Virus record (IMG/VR): IMGVR_UViG_3300032093_000049
Location: 36,017-100,016 of that record
Origin: a virus
Strand: one strand, 5' to 3'
DNA length: 64,000 nt
Numbering within the stretch: position 1 is the stretch's first letter; the number at the start of each line of letters is the position of its first letter. Made by a program: the position numbers and the translations under genes. Positions 9,724 to 20,561 of this stretch are shown piece by piece. Under the pieces are notes generated by a model, which saw nothing but the letters and a program-made list of their open reading frames with translations, was not told the DNA's origin and ran no database searches.

Positions 9724-10172
9724 TACTTCTTTTTCTTCATTGTCATACCATACTTGGCTTTAGGTACAGCAGTCTTAGGGGCAGTTGATATACCACCAGT
9801 GCGACCAGTAGCTTTAAGAAGAGCACTTACTTTTTTGTTAGAGTTAGTCATACCTCCTGTTTTGTATGTAGCTCCACCCTTCATTTTATTTTGCCCAGGC
9901 TTAAATGGAGTAAAGTCATCTTCTTTTGCAGCTTTAGGATTCTTAGCATAAAATTCATTAGCCTTTATTTGATCTTTAGTAAGTCCTGGAGTAACAATTC
10001 TTTCTCTCTTCATTCCTGAAGATACGGGATCATCATATTTAATTTTAGTTACAGTACGACCTGTTTTTGTATTTGTTTTAGTTTTAATAACATTACCTTC
10101 TGGGTCAACTACTTTATTTTTGACTACCTTACCATTCTTAGCTTTACTAAGAGTTTTTTTCATATGTTTCAT
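9723..10172 (-). CDS. Basic protein with KxGG motifs (likely start MKHMKK at 10172, 149 aa)
   Basis: MKGG, YKTGG, KAKYG; the longer start in the ORF track overlaps the upstream gene. Confidence 0.65.
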   Translation of the reverse strand: MKHMKKTLSKAKNGKVVKNKVVDPEGNVIKTKTNTKTGRTVTKIKYDDPVSSGMKRERIVTPGLTKDQIKANEFYAKNPKAAKEDDFTPFKPGQNKMKGGATYKTGGMTNSNKKVSALLKATGRTGGISTAPKTAVPKAKYGMTMKKKK

Positions 10173-10182
10173 TTTACATAAA

Positions 10183-11196
10183 TTAAGAGTTCCACAACTT
10201 TTCAATTTTGTTGTTGAGATCCTTAAGTATATCCTCATTAAGTGGATTTCTTAAGTACTCAATAACATCGGAAGTGTTTCTACCCATCATAGTTCCAGAT
10301 TGAGTATGATAGATATGTCCATCTGCCTTATTAACAATATACTTAAAAAATATGGAATCTTTTACAATTGCTTTAATTTTTAATGTTTCCATATCCATTG
10401 CTGCTGCATCTAGGAATCCTTTTGCAGCTCTTTCTTTGTTACCTTCAGTACCTTCACCATTGATATGCCTATCCATATTGTCATAGATAACATCATTAGG
10501 AGTATACTTCTTATATTGTACACTTGCTGTATCTACTGCTTTAGCAATGTAGAACAACTTAGTGCTATTCTTATCAAATAGTTTCTGCAGTTCTGCAAGA
10601 GCTTTGTTTCTGAGTTTCTTGTACTCAGTTCTTGCACCGGCAGTTTCTTGTGCTTTATCTAAATAAAACTTAGGTGGTACTGCTTTAGATCTTGCTTCAT
10701 CATAGCTACGTGCTACAATAGAGAACCCACCTGCTTCAATCGCATAAAGCTTAAGTCTATCAAATGGATCTTTTGGATCTAAGTACAATGGTTCATTACC
10801 ACATGATATAGATATCTTATTCCAGAATTCTGAATTATCAGGACGCAGAAGTTTTACATTGTTCCAAAAGTGTGTATCTTCTACATCTATTACATTAGCA
10901 GCTAATTCTCTTTCTAATTCTGCAACCGCATGTCTAATTTGTAGAATCTTTGCTGCTCTTTCTTCAGGATCTCTAATGAGTCTGATTTCTGGAGCAAACT
11001 CATTGAGTCCAGTTACATATTGAACCACCCCATTCTTTTCTAAGCATGCAAGTTGTTCAGTATGGGTAACCCCATCAAATAAAGAAAGTCCGTAATCTTC
11101 TAGTCCCATGTTTGAAACTGATCTGTCAAAATAAGGTTTAATAGAGATAGCTGTTGCTTTAGTATCTCTTGTTTCTACCATTGTGAAATTTTCCAT
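10183..11196 (-). CDS. Conserved-looking protein immediately downstream of the major capsid gene (337 aa)
   Basis: Long intact ORF; synteny typical of crAss-like head modules. Confidence 0.6.
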   Translation of the reverse strand: MENFTMVETRDTKATAISIKPYFDRSVSNMGLEDYGLSLFDGVTHTEQLACLEKNGVVQYVTGLNEFAPEIRLIRDPEERAAKILQIRHAVAELERELAANVIDVEDTHFWNNVKLLRPDNSEFWNKISISCGNEPLYLDPKDPFDRLKLYAIEAGGFSIVARSYDEARSKAVPPKFYLDKAQETAGARTEYKKLRNKALAELQKLFDKNSTKLFYIAKAVDTASVQYKKYTPNDVIYDNMDRHINGEGTEGNKERAAKGFLDAAAMDMETLKIKAIVKDSIFFKYIVNKADGHIYHTQSGTMMGRNTSDVIEYLRNPLNEDILKDLNNKIEKLWNS

Positions 11197-11230
11197 TGTT
11201 GTTGGTTTTTATTTGTTGGTTAAAAATAGT

Positions 11231-11264
11231 AAAATAGGGAGGAGTATGAACCCCTCCCTATTTT
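11231..11264 (-). terminator. Hairpin terminator after the major capsid gene
   Basis: aaaataggga-ggag/cccc-tccctatttt inverted repeat. Confidence 0.7.
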
Positions 11265-11278
11265 ACCGGTTGTATATA

Positions 11279-12895
11279 TTAGAATGATCCACCAGTGATT
11301 GGGTTTCTCATAACAATCTTAAGGACTTTAGTTGGGTCCTTAACCCAGATAGCAGGCATTGTCTGAGACATCATCACACGGTATCCATTGAATTGTCCAG
11401 AAGACTGGAATCCTTGAGTACGGCCCATGTAGTCCATAGTACCATTCTGATACCACCACTTAAGTTGGTTATCCCAAGACAACTTCAACAAGTAGATATT
11501 GTCGTTAGTGTTGTCAGTGATATCAAAGATGATAAAGCTATAAGAAGACAATGGGAAACCATCAATGATTGGGTTTTCAATGTCATTAGTATGTACGTTG
11601 TCAAATGCTGGATTGAGGACAAACTTAACATTAGCCAAGAATGGAATAACGTAGCTTGTGTATGCAAATCCAAAGTTCAAGTCCATACCCTTACCTGTGA
11701 TTGCACCAATATCAGCAGCCTGGATAAGAAGACCAGAAGAGATTGCTTCTCTCTTGATAGCTTCATTAACCATACGCATACCACCCATACCAGTTTGTAC
11801 TACAAGTGAACGCTTAGGATCTGGACCCTGGAATTCAACCTTACCATTGAAGAAGTTGTAGATTTCTCCACGGAACAAATCAAGTGTAAAGTTATTCTTG
11901 TTGTACACACGCTTGAATGAGTTGTCAAGCTGCTTCCAGAGACCCACAGACAAACGGATATCATCTGGTCCATCCTGCTTAACACGTCCTCCTTGTCCCC
12001 ACATTAGGTAAGTCTCAATGTCAGTAGCAATCTTAGAAAGGTGTGCTGCTTCCATTGTAGTAAGGAATGTACGTGAAAGATCACCATTATCAAAAGCTTT
12101 CTTTACTTTATCCTTACCCATTACCTTAACCATATCTTCCAAAGAAGCAATTGATGGATCAAGACCCTTGTCAAATGTTCTCCAGATCTCAGTTACAGGA
12201 ACTGTACCATCTGCATTCATACCACCCTTGATCATCAAGTCTGCACGTGAAGAAATAGAGTAGTGAACATGTGCTTCTGCTCCTCCTACAAAGTTGTAGA
12301 ATTCACGGAATCCTGCATTAGTAATGATGTCAGAGAAACGTTCTCCATACTCACCACGTGCAGAACCTTTACGGAATACCTTAGTACCATTAGCAAGATA
12401 CTTGTTATCCAGATACTTGTAGTTATCATTGTTAACAAGTTGTACGGTATAGATGAATCCGTCTCCTACAGGAAGAATGTCATCCTGAGTAACGTACATT
12501 TCCACACCATTGTACTTGTCATATGTAAAGATATCTCCGTGACCAAACTCACGTCGGTTAATCTTTACTTTGAATGTAGTACCATCAAGACCTTTGAAAC
12601 CATTTTCTGGTTCAATGTCTTCAATGATGTAAGGAAGATCAATTGACACAGGTGTCTGCCAACGGTATTCACCACGTGCATTGTCAACCATAATTACATT
12701 CTTTCCTCCAAAAGAGGACATCTGATAAAGGGGCATTTCAACCTTCTGAGCCATAGCCCATAGGTCTACTGGACCAAGATCCATTGGTTCTGCATCCTTC
12801 AACATGTTTGTTAGGTGGTATGAATCCACGTGTGATGAAGCTGCATAGGCAGTATCACGCATGAATATACCATTGTTTAAAACTGGAGTTGCCAT
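11279..12895 (-). CDS. Major capsid protein (538 aa)
   Basis: Order terminase-portal-scaffold-this gene; size; C-ending codon bias; ETYLMWGQG and GLWKQL segments recall HK97-fold crAss-like MCPs. Confidence 0.85.
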   Translation of the reverse strand: MATPVLNNGIFMRDTAYAASSHVDSYHLTNMLKDAEPMDLGPVDLWAMAQKVEMPLYQMSSFGGKNVIMVDNARGEYRWQTPVSIDLPYIIEDIEPENGFKGLDGTTFKVKINRREFGHGDIFTYDKYNGVEMYVTQDDILPVGDGFIYTVQLVNNDNYKYLDNKYLANGTKVFRKGSARGEYGERFSDIITNAGFREFYNFVGGAEAHVHYSISSRADLMIKGGMNADGTVPVTEIWRTFDKGLDPSIASLEDMVKVMGKDKVKKAFDNGDLSRTFLTTMEAAHLSKIATDIETYLMWGQGGRVKQDGPDDIRLSVGLWKQLDNSFKRVYNKNNFTLDLFRGEIYNFFNGKVEFQGPDPKRSLVVQTGMGGMRMVNEAIKREAISSGLLIQAADIGAITGKGMDLNFGFAYTSYVIPFLANVKFVLNPAFDNVHTNDIENPIIDGFPLSSYSFIIFDITDNTNDNIYLLKLSWDNQLKWWYQNGTMDYMGRTQGFQSSGQFNGYRVMMSQTMPAIWVKDPTKVLKIVMRNPITGGSF

Positions 12896-12926
12896 TTGTT
12901 TATTTGTTTATTTGTTTGTTACTATA

Positions 12927-14168
12927 TTAAAATCGTCTAAATATATTTCCACTATTTCTTGACAATGTCTTCTGAACTGGTTTCTTTCTGGTTGGTTCTT
13001 CTTCTTGTGCAGATGAAGAAGTAAGTTTCCTTTGTTGTTCAGTCTTTAATTGTCTCACTGTTTTTTCTACAGCTTCTTTGCTACCTTGTTCTCTTACACG
13101 TCCTTTGTATCCATCAGGATCTGCAAGTAACCATAATGCCTCTGCAATCAGATCATGTCTTGGTTCTACAAACTGATACTTTTCAAGCAAGTGACCAAGT
13201 AAGTTTGTTTGTTTACCAGAGATAGAAGGGTAGTTAGGTTGAACCAATCCTGAGTAAAGCAGTGATTGAGTTTTCTTGTCTAACTTAATTCCTCCTACTT
13301 CTCCTGTTACAAGTGTATTATATACATTATCTGTATATGCTTTTGCTGCTTGTTCTTGCTGTTGTTTTTTTAATTCTTGTTCTGCAAGTTGCCTAGCAAC
13401 AATCTCCTCTTGCATTTTGTCCAGCTTTGGTTTAAACTGGTTTGCCTTTTGCTCAAGTTTACCAAGATCTGCCCAATCAGTGATTTCTGCTTCAATCTCT
13501 TCTGGAGTACCAAACTGAGTTGCATATAGATACTGTCTTGCAATCTCTTGTTGATCATACTCATCAGAAGGATCAAGTTGCCGCATTTCTTCAACATGTG
13601 CTAGAGTACGGAATAAACCTTTAAGGTCTTGTCCACCATCTGCAACATACTTGGCAGCAATCTGAAGTTCTTCAGGCAATGCTTGAAAGAATTCCCTTGG
13701 AGTATTCTCTCTTACTTTGTTTTCCCTTTCTTGGAAGTTAGCTTCAAAAAGTTCTCTAAAGTCTTTTGTTGTATATTCCTCTAAAGGCTTATCATCATCA
13801 AAAGGAATTAGAGTACCTTCCTCAATCATTTTAGTTGCTAGTTCAGCAAGACCTGATTTATCAACCTTTGGTCTTCCTTTGTTACCAGCATCTTCTTCCT
13901 GAGCAATAAGACTATCAAGTTCATTAATAGTCTCTTCAACTTCTTTAGGAGTTGCTTTCACTTCTACAGCAGGAGTTTCCTTCTCTGTAGGTTTGTCAAG
14001 GAACGTTGTGTCTACAGTCTCTCTTGTAAATACTGATTTCTTTTCTTCCTCTTCTTCTTTATTGTCTGCAGGGAGCATAACATTCTCTGCACCAGGCATT
14101 CCAAAGAGGTCATCAATATTCACATCCACTTGAGAGACGGATGTTGACTCATTTGTTGGTTCTGTCAT
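12927..14168 (-). CDS. Acidic coiled-coil scaffold-like protein (413 aa)
   Basis: E/D/Q-rich, lies between portal and MCP. Confidence 0.65.
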   Translation of the reverse strand: MTEPTNESTSVSQVDVNIDDLFGMPGAENVMLPADNKEEEEEKKSVFTRETVDTTFLDKPTEKETPAVEVKATPKEVEETINELDSLIAQEEDAGNKGRPKVDKSGLAELATKMIEEGTLIPFDDDKPLEEYTTKDFRELFEANFQERENKVRENTPREFFQALPEELQIAAKYVADGGQDLKGLFRTLAHVEEMRQLDPSDEYDQQEIARQYLYATQFGTPEEIEAEITDWADLGKLEQKANQFKPKLDKMQEEIVARQLAEQELKKQQQEQAAKAYTDNVYNTLVTGEVGGIKLDKKTQSLLYSGLVQPNYPSISGKQTNLLGHLLEKYQFVEPRHDLIAEALWLLADPDGYKGRVREQGSKEAVEKTVRQLKTEQQRKLTSSSAQEEEPTRKKPVQKTLSRNSGNIFRRF

Positions 14169-14276
14169 TGTTGTTGGTTTTATTTATTACTTAATTTAAT
14201 ATAAGAAGAATAAGTGAAATAAACTTCAAAAATTTAAAGTTTCTGAAACGTTTTTTGCACTATATAGCTAAATAGA

Positions 14277-17006
14277 TTATTCTTTATCATATTTATTTTT
14301 GTTCTCCCTAGCAATCTGCAATTGTTTATCAGCTATTTCTTTCTGAGCTTGTATCTTTTCTCTTTCAATTTGATTCTTCTCTGAAGAAAGCATATTTCTA
14401 TTTGTTTCCTTTTGTCTTTCTAAACTTGTCTGTTCTTGATACTGTTCAGTTTGTCTGATTTCTTTCATAGCATCACTATAGTCAGACATCAAGTTTTGAT
14501 TAAGGTCAACCATTGATCCCATACCAGCAGATCTAATTTCTGCAACAAGAATATCACGTTGTCTATTCTTCTCAGCCTCCATTGCTTCATGGTCTCTTCT
14601 AAGTTGTTCTTCTTGAGCTTTAGCCTGAAGCATCTGTTCTTGCATTTGCTGTTGCTGTTGCATTTCTTGCTGCTTCATCTGAGTAGACTTATCTTCTGCC
14701 GTTTTAAGTACTGTATTAAGCTCTGCAATAGAATCAGACTGTACTACTCTACCTAAGTCATATATAGAAGCACCGGTAGTGTTATTCTGTAGAGCCATTG
14801 CTTTTAACTGTTCTAGTATAGCCCTATGATTTGCAGTAGTAGTACAGAATATATTAAGATCTCTAAGAAGTAAATCAGTACCGTTGATTTCAAAGTTTAC
14901 TTTTTCATCTGCTCCAGTAATATATGACAATCTTACTGAAGGTTTATTAGAGTGGTAGTACTGAGCTAAGTCTGTACGCATTTGATGCACCCTTGGCATT
15001 AGATAATCACAGTGCTGGATAAAGTACATCTCTGTTTGTGCATAAGATGCATTTACTGCTTGTTCTACACCGGTAGCAGTTTGCTGTGATAACTGTTGAC
15101 CCATCCTTTGGGGGTTAACACCAATTACTTCATATGCTTGTTGCTTAAAGTAATTAGCTAGGTTAACCCTGGAAAGCAAACGGTTTGTTTGTTCTAGGTC
15201 AAGTTTTTGGAAGTGCTGGAAATTTAATGCATTCTCTGTATTTGTAATAGAAGTGTCCAGTGGTAACATCTGGAAGTTCTTCATTGCCACATAAGCTTTT
15301 GCTAAGTTATTCTTACCCCAGTCTTCATTCATGGAGTGTCTAGGAAGTGCATTCTGATCTAAAAGAATAACTGTACCTAGTTCATCAACAAGGATATCTG
15401 CAATCTGGTTATTAACAATATTATATCCAATCTGGTATGGCTTCATTAAGTCAATAAGAGCAGTAGACTTAGTGTTCCTATCTGAGAATACAGAACCTTC
15501 TACTGGTAGTTTACATCCATATAGAGTTGCATCACCCTTAAACTGAAACTTAATAGGACCTATTTTGTTTTTATCTACACCTATGTAAATTGGAGTAAAT
15601 CCACCTGGGTTATTCATACCCCAGAATGATGGAATGTTTGGTCCAATCTTTACACCACCCCATACCTCATTGATCCAAATCCAATCTATATGTTCACCAT
15701 ACACCAGATTATCTTTAGTTCTGTTCTTAAAGAGTCTAGTATCATAGATAGGTTTGTCTGTAACTTTATAATCTTCTGTTACAATCTCAGTAACAACTTC
15801 ACCATTGTCTGCTACTTTAGTAAGATGTCCTACTTTACGCTGTGACTTCCAGTAGCATGTTGTTACTCTTAGTAAGTATGCAGTACCTGCAGTATCATAA
15901 TCTTCACCTTCAGAAAGAATTTGTGTTACTACATCACCTCCCTGTAGTACAGATCCTGCCATCATAGATGTGTATTGACGGTATGCAAGTGAAGGCATGT
16001 TTACGTTCCACTCATGAGTTCTTGTAGCATCATAATAAGAACCATCATTTTGGAGACCACCAATATTATAACCCGCAGATCTAATAGGATATATTGCTTC
16101 TAGTGCTTCTAATTGATCTTCAGTCATTAAGTATCCATACCTGTCAATTACATCAGCAACAGTATACATATCTGTTTTCCCTACCCAGTTAGCTTGAGAT
16201 ATATATCTTGCATCTGGTGACTTATGATAGAATGTAAGAACAGGATTCCATAGTTCTACTTCATAGTCATCTTCCATCATACGGAAATGCCAGAACTCTC
16301 TATCTGTAATAAGCATGTCACGGAAACCTCTTTCTTCAAGCTCATCCATCTTGAATCTTTCTACATCAATCTTATGTTGATGTGAAGCCCACTGTTCTAC
16401 CATAGATTTGTAGTCTTTCTTAAAGAACTGTTCTATCTCTGGTAATGACTTTAGATTCTGTGGGTTTAATTGTTGTTGTGCTTCTTCTGATTGTGGATCT
16501 AGACCTTGCTCCATTAATGCGGCAACAATTTTCATTTGAGCATCTGCCATTAATACTTCTTCTACAGCAGCTCTTTTTTGTTCCAACATCTCATTATATG
16601 AGAACTCATCTATTGCACGGTAAGTAAGTTTAGTGGATCTCTTTGCAAACTCTGCTACTAAAACATTAATAACATTAGGGATAATAGGGTAGAACTTTAA
16701 TTCTAGTGCAGTAGCATCTTCTTTTGTAAGAGTTTCAATAATATCTACATACTCATTGTCTTCCTCTACAATGTAGTCTGTTCTGTCTATAATACCCTTT
16801 GCAAGCTTGTAGTTCTTCATTAACCTACGTGCATTCCTGCGTAGTTGCTTAAGTCCATTCCACTCTAGCCAGTCTAAGTTCCATGCTGCCCACTCTTCAT
16901 CTTTATCTTTTTTTGGTATAAACTGAAGTGGCTGAGTAATACTACCCATCCTATTGTGTTGAACTTTTGCTCCCTTCTTGAGCTGTAAGGCGTTATATAC
17001 CTGCAT
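14277..17006 (-). CDS. Portal protein (909 aa)
   Basis: Follows terminase; YPIIPNVINVLVAE and WINEVWGGVKIG segments; Gln-rich coiled-coil C-terminus. Confidence 0.85.
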   Translation of the reverse strand: MQVYNALQLKKGAKVQHNRMGSITQPLQFIPKKDKDEEWAAWNLDWLEWNGLKQLRRNARRLMKNYKLAKGIIDRTDYIVEEDNEYVDIIETLTKEDATALELKFYPIIPNVINVLVAEFAKRSTKLTYRAIDEFSYNEMLEQKRAAVEEVLMADAQMKIVAALMEQGLDPQSEEAQQQLNPQNLKSLPEIEQFFKKDYKSMVEQWASHQHKIDVERFKMDELEERGFRDMLITDREFWHFRMMEDDYEVELWNPVLTFYHKSPDARYISQANWVGKTDMYTVADVIDRYGYLMTEDQLEALEAIYPIRSAGYNIGGLQNDGSYYDATRTHEWNVNMPSLAYRQYTSMMAGSVLQGGDVVTQILSEGEDYDTAGTAYLLRVTTCYWKSQRKVGHLTKVADNGEVVTEIVTEDYKVTDKPIYDTRLFKNRTKDNLVYGEHIDWIWINEVWGGVKIGPNIPSFWGMNNPGGFTPIYIGVDKNKIGPIKFQFKGDATLYGCKLPVEGSVFSDRNTKSTALIDLMKPYQIGYNIVNNQIADILVDELGTVILLDQNALPRHSMNEDWGKNNLAKAYVAMKNFQMLPLDTSITNTENALNFQHFQKLDLEQTNRLLSRVNLANYFKQQAYEVIGVNPQRMGQQLSQQTATGVEQAVNASYAQTEMYFIQHCDYLMPRVHQMRTDLAQYYHSNKPSVRLSYITGADEKVNFEINGTDLLLRDLNIFCTTTANHRAILEQLKAMALQNNTTGASIYDLGRVVQSDSIAELNTVLKTAEDKSTQMKQQEMQQQQQMQEQMLQAKAQEEQLRRDHEAMEAEKNRQRDILVAEIRSAGMGSMVDLNQNLMSDYSDAMKEIRQTEQYQEQTSLERQKETNRNMLSSEKNQIEREKIQAQKEIADKQLQIARENKNKYDKE

Positions 17007-17011
17007 AGCTT

Positions 17012-19216
17012 TTATTTAAAATGTTTAAACGGTGAACGTTTATATTGTTGTCCATTAGCAAGTTTACCCTTTCCCATATGCCGGAAAGGGCTATTAGATA
17101 ATTTAAACAAATTATCTGACTTTTGCAACTTTTTAGCTGCATCATCCATTATAGTTCTTTTTATATAACCTCTATTAGATTCTTGAATTTTCATAAATGC
17201 AACTAGTGCACAGAAAGAAACTAACCGGTCAACGTTGAGTCCTTCCACATACTCCTTCATTTCTTTGATGAGCATTGGATCTTTTATTCTCTCTATTCCA
17301 TATATAGTTTTTAGTATGGAGCCATCCTCTGTTGTTATTACATCAAGTTCCTCCCGGATGTATTCTATAGCATAACTAATTAGATGTGACCTAAAGAGTG
17401 TACCAGTGTTCTTCCACCCATATTCTTGGAATACATTAGCATTAGCCTGAAGATCTTTAAGAAACATTATCTGAGTTCTTGGTACTAGATACTTTTGTTT
17501 CTTACGGGATATCATGTACTGAATAAAAAGAGATATGTTATTTTCTATTACAGTCCAGGCATTATACCATTCTATAATAAGTTCTAATCTCTCATGTGTT
17601 TTCTTTATATCATCAAACCTGCCACACCATGCTGCTACCATTTGACTTTGTTCTATAAAGTTCTCTGTTTCAACACCATTAACTTTAGTTACTTCAACCG
17701 GTGCTTTCATTACATATATAGAACACAGTGATTCTGAGGTAGTTGTCTTACCTTCAGATACGGGGTCAATAGATGCATAATACATTCCAAAGGTTGGATC
17801 CTTTACCGGTCTTTCCCATACTACAAGAGTTCCTGTTTTATCTTCAGTCTTTTTAGATATTGGGAATTCAGATATAGGAAGTTTGTTTGTTGCTTTTACT
17901 GCAGGTTTACCATTATCATCAGCATAGATATCTAAGAACTCATATGCATATTCTTTGTCTTCAATTCTCCTTTGTTGAGCACCAAGAAGATGTGGTGGAA
18001 ATATAGATGCTTTTCTATATGCAAATGCTTCTTCAATGTTTCTAGGTCTCTGTGATACTTCAAGCTGGTAATCTTCTGGAGTCATTTCCCTCTTACACTT
18101 ATCAAAGTACTCATCAAGAGCTTTGAGTGCTTCTTCTACTTGGGAGTTACCATAATTATCTATAAAAGGAGGCATTGACCACTGCTCAGGAATAAATAGT
18201 CCTGTTCTTCCTATAGTACCTTCTGAATCTATTAGATTAGTATCTACTGCATATATCTGATTAACCTCTGGTTTAAGAACCATATTCTTTAGTGGAACAC
18301 ACTGATCCAAGTCACCCACAGATCCTGCTGCTATAAACATACCTGTGGTAATCATACCTGATTTAAGTGCAGGTTTAATATATCCATATGTTTGATCCAT
18401 CTTAGGTGCAATACCTGCTTCTTCATGAAAGAAGTACTTTACTGGTCCACCGACACCATTAGTAGGATCCTTTTCAAAAGACATACCTTGTATTACACCT
18501 TTGAGACCTACTTCTGTTTTACGGTTACCTTTTCTTACTTCAATCTTCTGCTGCCACATCATTACTTTGTCTGGTGACATTGGACGGTACCATGCAGTAT
18601 GTTCATTTAAGAATGCGGCATATTCATTTAAAAATTTCCAAGAACCTTTCTCATTGATATAATCTTTGAGTGATGCACCCATCTTAAGAGTAACCCCTTC
18701 TTCAAACCATATCTGGTTGATGAATTTACCCATGTGAAAATATGATGATGCTATCTGACGTTTCTTAAGAATAGCAGCATGCATATAGTATAGTTCTGCT
18801 AAACATTCATATAGGGCCATATGATACTGTGCATCCCTGATTTTGGCAAAACCAAATGCTTGTATCTCTTTATCAAAGATTGGTAAGAAGTTTAACCACA
18901 TATAGTAGTCTCTGGTAAGATACCATATTTCCTTACCTGACTTAACTAATATACCTTGTCTGCATTTCTTCTTTTGATCATCCCAGTAAGCTATAAAATC
19001 TTTGGACTTAAAGGGTGCAGTACAGTAAACCTTTTCCTTAGCAAATATTTGAGCTTGCTCATTAAATACTTTGGATGTATCTGAGTTAAAGTTATATTGA
19101 CCTGGTTCTTTAAAAATAGAAAACACAAAAGTTCTAAAGTCTTCTTTAGAATCAAAACTTGTAGTAGTCCAAGTACCGTTATCCCAGGTTGGTATGTCTA
19201 TCCAAATATTATCCAT
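17012..19216 (-). CDS. terL: Terminase large subunit (734 aa)
   Basis: Walker A-like LKKRQIASS, Walker B FFHEEAG, nuclease-domain SIDPV, IENN and DRLV motifs. Confidence 0.9.
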   Translation of the reverse strand: MDNIWIDIPTWDNGTWTTTSFDSKEDFRTFVFSIFKEPGQYNFNSDTSKVFNEQAQIFAKEKVYCTAPFKSKDFIAYWDDQKKKCRQGILVKSGKEIWYLTRDYYMWLNFLPIFDKEIQAFGFAKIRDAQYHMALYECLAELYYMHAAILKKRQIASSYFHMGKFINQIWFEEGVTLKMGASLKDYINEKGSWKFLNEYAAFLNEHTAWYRPMSPDKVMMWQQKIEVRKGNRKTEVGLKGVIQGMSFEKDPTNGVGGPVKYFFHEEAGIAPKMDQTYGYIKPALKSGMITTGMFIAAGSVGDLDQCVPLKNMVLKPEVNQIYAVDTNLIDSEGTIGRTGLFIPEQWSMPPFIDNYGNSQVEEALKALDEYFDKCKREMTPEDYQLEVSQRPRNIEEAFAYRKASIFPPHLLGAQQRRIEDKEYAYEFLDIYADDNGKPAVKATNKLPISEFPISKKTEDKTGTLVVWERPVKDPTFGMYYASIDPVSEGKTTTSESLCSIYVMKAPVEVTKVNGVETENFIEQSQMVAAWCGRFDDIKKTHERLELIIEWYNAWTVIENNISLFIQYMISRKKQKYLVPRTQIMFLKDLQANANVFQEYGWKNTGTLFRSHLISYAIEYIREELDVITTEDGSILKTIYGIERIKDPMLIKEMKEYVEGLNVDRLVSFCALVAFMKIQESNRGYIKRTIMDDAAKKLQKSDNLFKLSNSPFRHMGKGKLANGQQYKRSPFKHFK

Positions 19217-19731
19217 TACATATCATATGCAAGACCCTGACCACCTCTTACTCTACTTTGTTGTTCTTCCTGTAGATCTTTATACACACCCTTGAAGGAT
19301 TGTCTAATACTGTCAAAGTCTTTAGCAATTGCTCTAATCTGTGCTATATTACCATCTTTACCATCAGTGATTTGTGTGGTAGCAAGATATCTTGAGATTC
19401 TGTCTAGTGCTTTCTGCATGCCCTCATACGCGCGTGAGGTAGGTGTTTCATACATTCTCTCACAGAACTTAAGTGCTGTTGATATATCATCATCTTCAGT
19501 AGAGAACTCTGCTTCTATTTCATCTAGTATAAGCTCCTCTTTGTCCATGTGCGGCACATTGAAAAAAGGATTCATATCTGGATTCGGACAAGTCATGTAG
19601 AAAAGGTACTGATATATTTTCAAATAATCATCAGGATAATTATCCATTATATCTTTTAGTGATTTTAGTGTATAACAGTGTTCTGTAGGAATCACTTTAC
19701 CGTTTTGAACATCAAATAGTCTTGCTATCAT
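19216..19731 (-). CDS. Helical protein coupled to terL; candidate small terminase (171 aa)
   Basis: Stop/start overlap with terL; C-terminal RVRGG. Confidence 0.5.
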   Translation of the reverse strand: MIARLFDVQNGKVIPTEHCYTLKSLKDIMDNYPDDYLKIYQYLFYMTCPNPDMNPFFNVPHMDKEELILDEIEAEFSTEDDDISTALKFCERMYETPTSRAYEGMQKALDRISRYLATTQITDGKDGNIAQIRAIAKDFDSIRQSFKGVYKDLQEEQQSRVRGGQGLAYDM

Positions 19732-20561
19732 TTCTTAGTTATTTTGTCTCGGTTATCATGTAACCAGTTAATTATTGATATAACTTCATCTTTAAGATAA
19801 GGTACTTTAAGAGGTATAACTTCTTTTACAATAGGATCTCCTTCAATAGAGTACTTTGTAATAGGATAGCCATACTCATCTTTACCTTCTTCTTCAAAGA
19901 CTATGTGGTGTATGTATATATCTCCTGGTTTTAATTTAGGATTGTGCTTTAGTATAATATACATATAAATACTAAGCTGTAGAGAATAATGATTAAAGTT
20001 ACAGTCATCTAAGTTATTTACCGGGTGTAACATCTTCTTAGATATACCTTCCCAGTCTTTGAAAGATTCTGTCTTTATCTCTTTGTTTGTTTTGTAATCT
20101 ATGATATGTACTCTACCATTAACTACTTCAACTAAATCAGATTGACCGCATATACCTGCAGACTTAAGATATACCATATGTTCAGGATATATACCATCGG
20201 TAAGTCTTTGTGGGGGTGCAGTCTTAACATTATTCTCTTGTATAGGTGTATACACAGGAATTGGTATACCTTCCTTTTCTATTGACGATAAAGAACAAAT
20301 ATCAGATTCTCTTTGGTTATGATAAAAGGTACCCAGTGCAATAGCTCTGTCTGATTCAGCTTGCCATAACTCAAGTATCTTATCTGGTGGTACACCATAC
20401 CACTTAGATCTTTTAGACTTTGTTATTTTAGCCGCAATACCTTTTGCATCAAAAGGTTCTTTTAAGCTGGAAACAAGTGATGTAACACTTATCCAATTTA
20501 TGTCTTCTGCATTATCAATGCTTTTATAGCTATGATCTGCAGCATTAAATACTATACTCAT
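19728..20561 (-). CDS. PD-(D/E)XK nuclease (277 aa)
   Basis: SVTS, GTFYH, GQSD, IIDYKTNK and YSLQLSIY motifs. Confidence 0.85.
   Translation of the reverse strand: MSIVFNAADHSYKSIDNAEDINWISVTSLVSSLKEPFDAKGIAAKITKSKRSKWYGVPPDKILELWQAESDRAIALGTFYHNQRESDICSLSSIEKEGIPIPVYTPIQENNVKTAPPQRLTDGIYPEHMVYLKSAGICGQSDLVEVVNGRVHIIDYKTNKEIKTESFKDWEGISKKMLHPVNNLDDCNFNHYSLQLSIYMYIILKHNPKLKPGDIYIHHIVFEEEGKDEYGYPITKYSIEGDPIVKEVIPLKVPYLKDEVISIINWLHDNRDKITKK

Noticed and set aside
11393-12646. Several overlapping and antisense ORFs inside the major capsid gene
   Set aside because: Shadow ORFs from codon bias of a highly expressed gene; no leaders or motifs. The same applies to most antisense ORFs in the track.
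14277-19216. Intein or intron in terminase or portal
   Set aside because: Continuous ORFs with no recognisable splice-junction or LAGLIDADG motifs.
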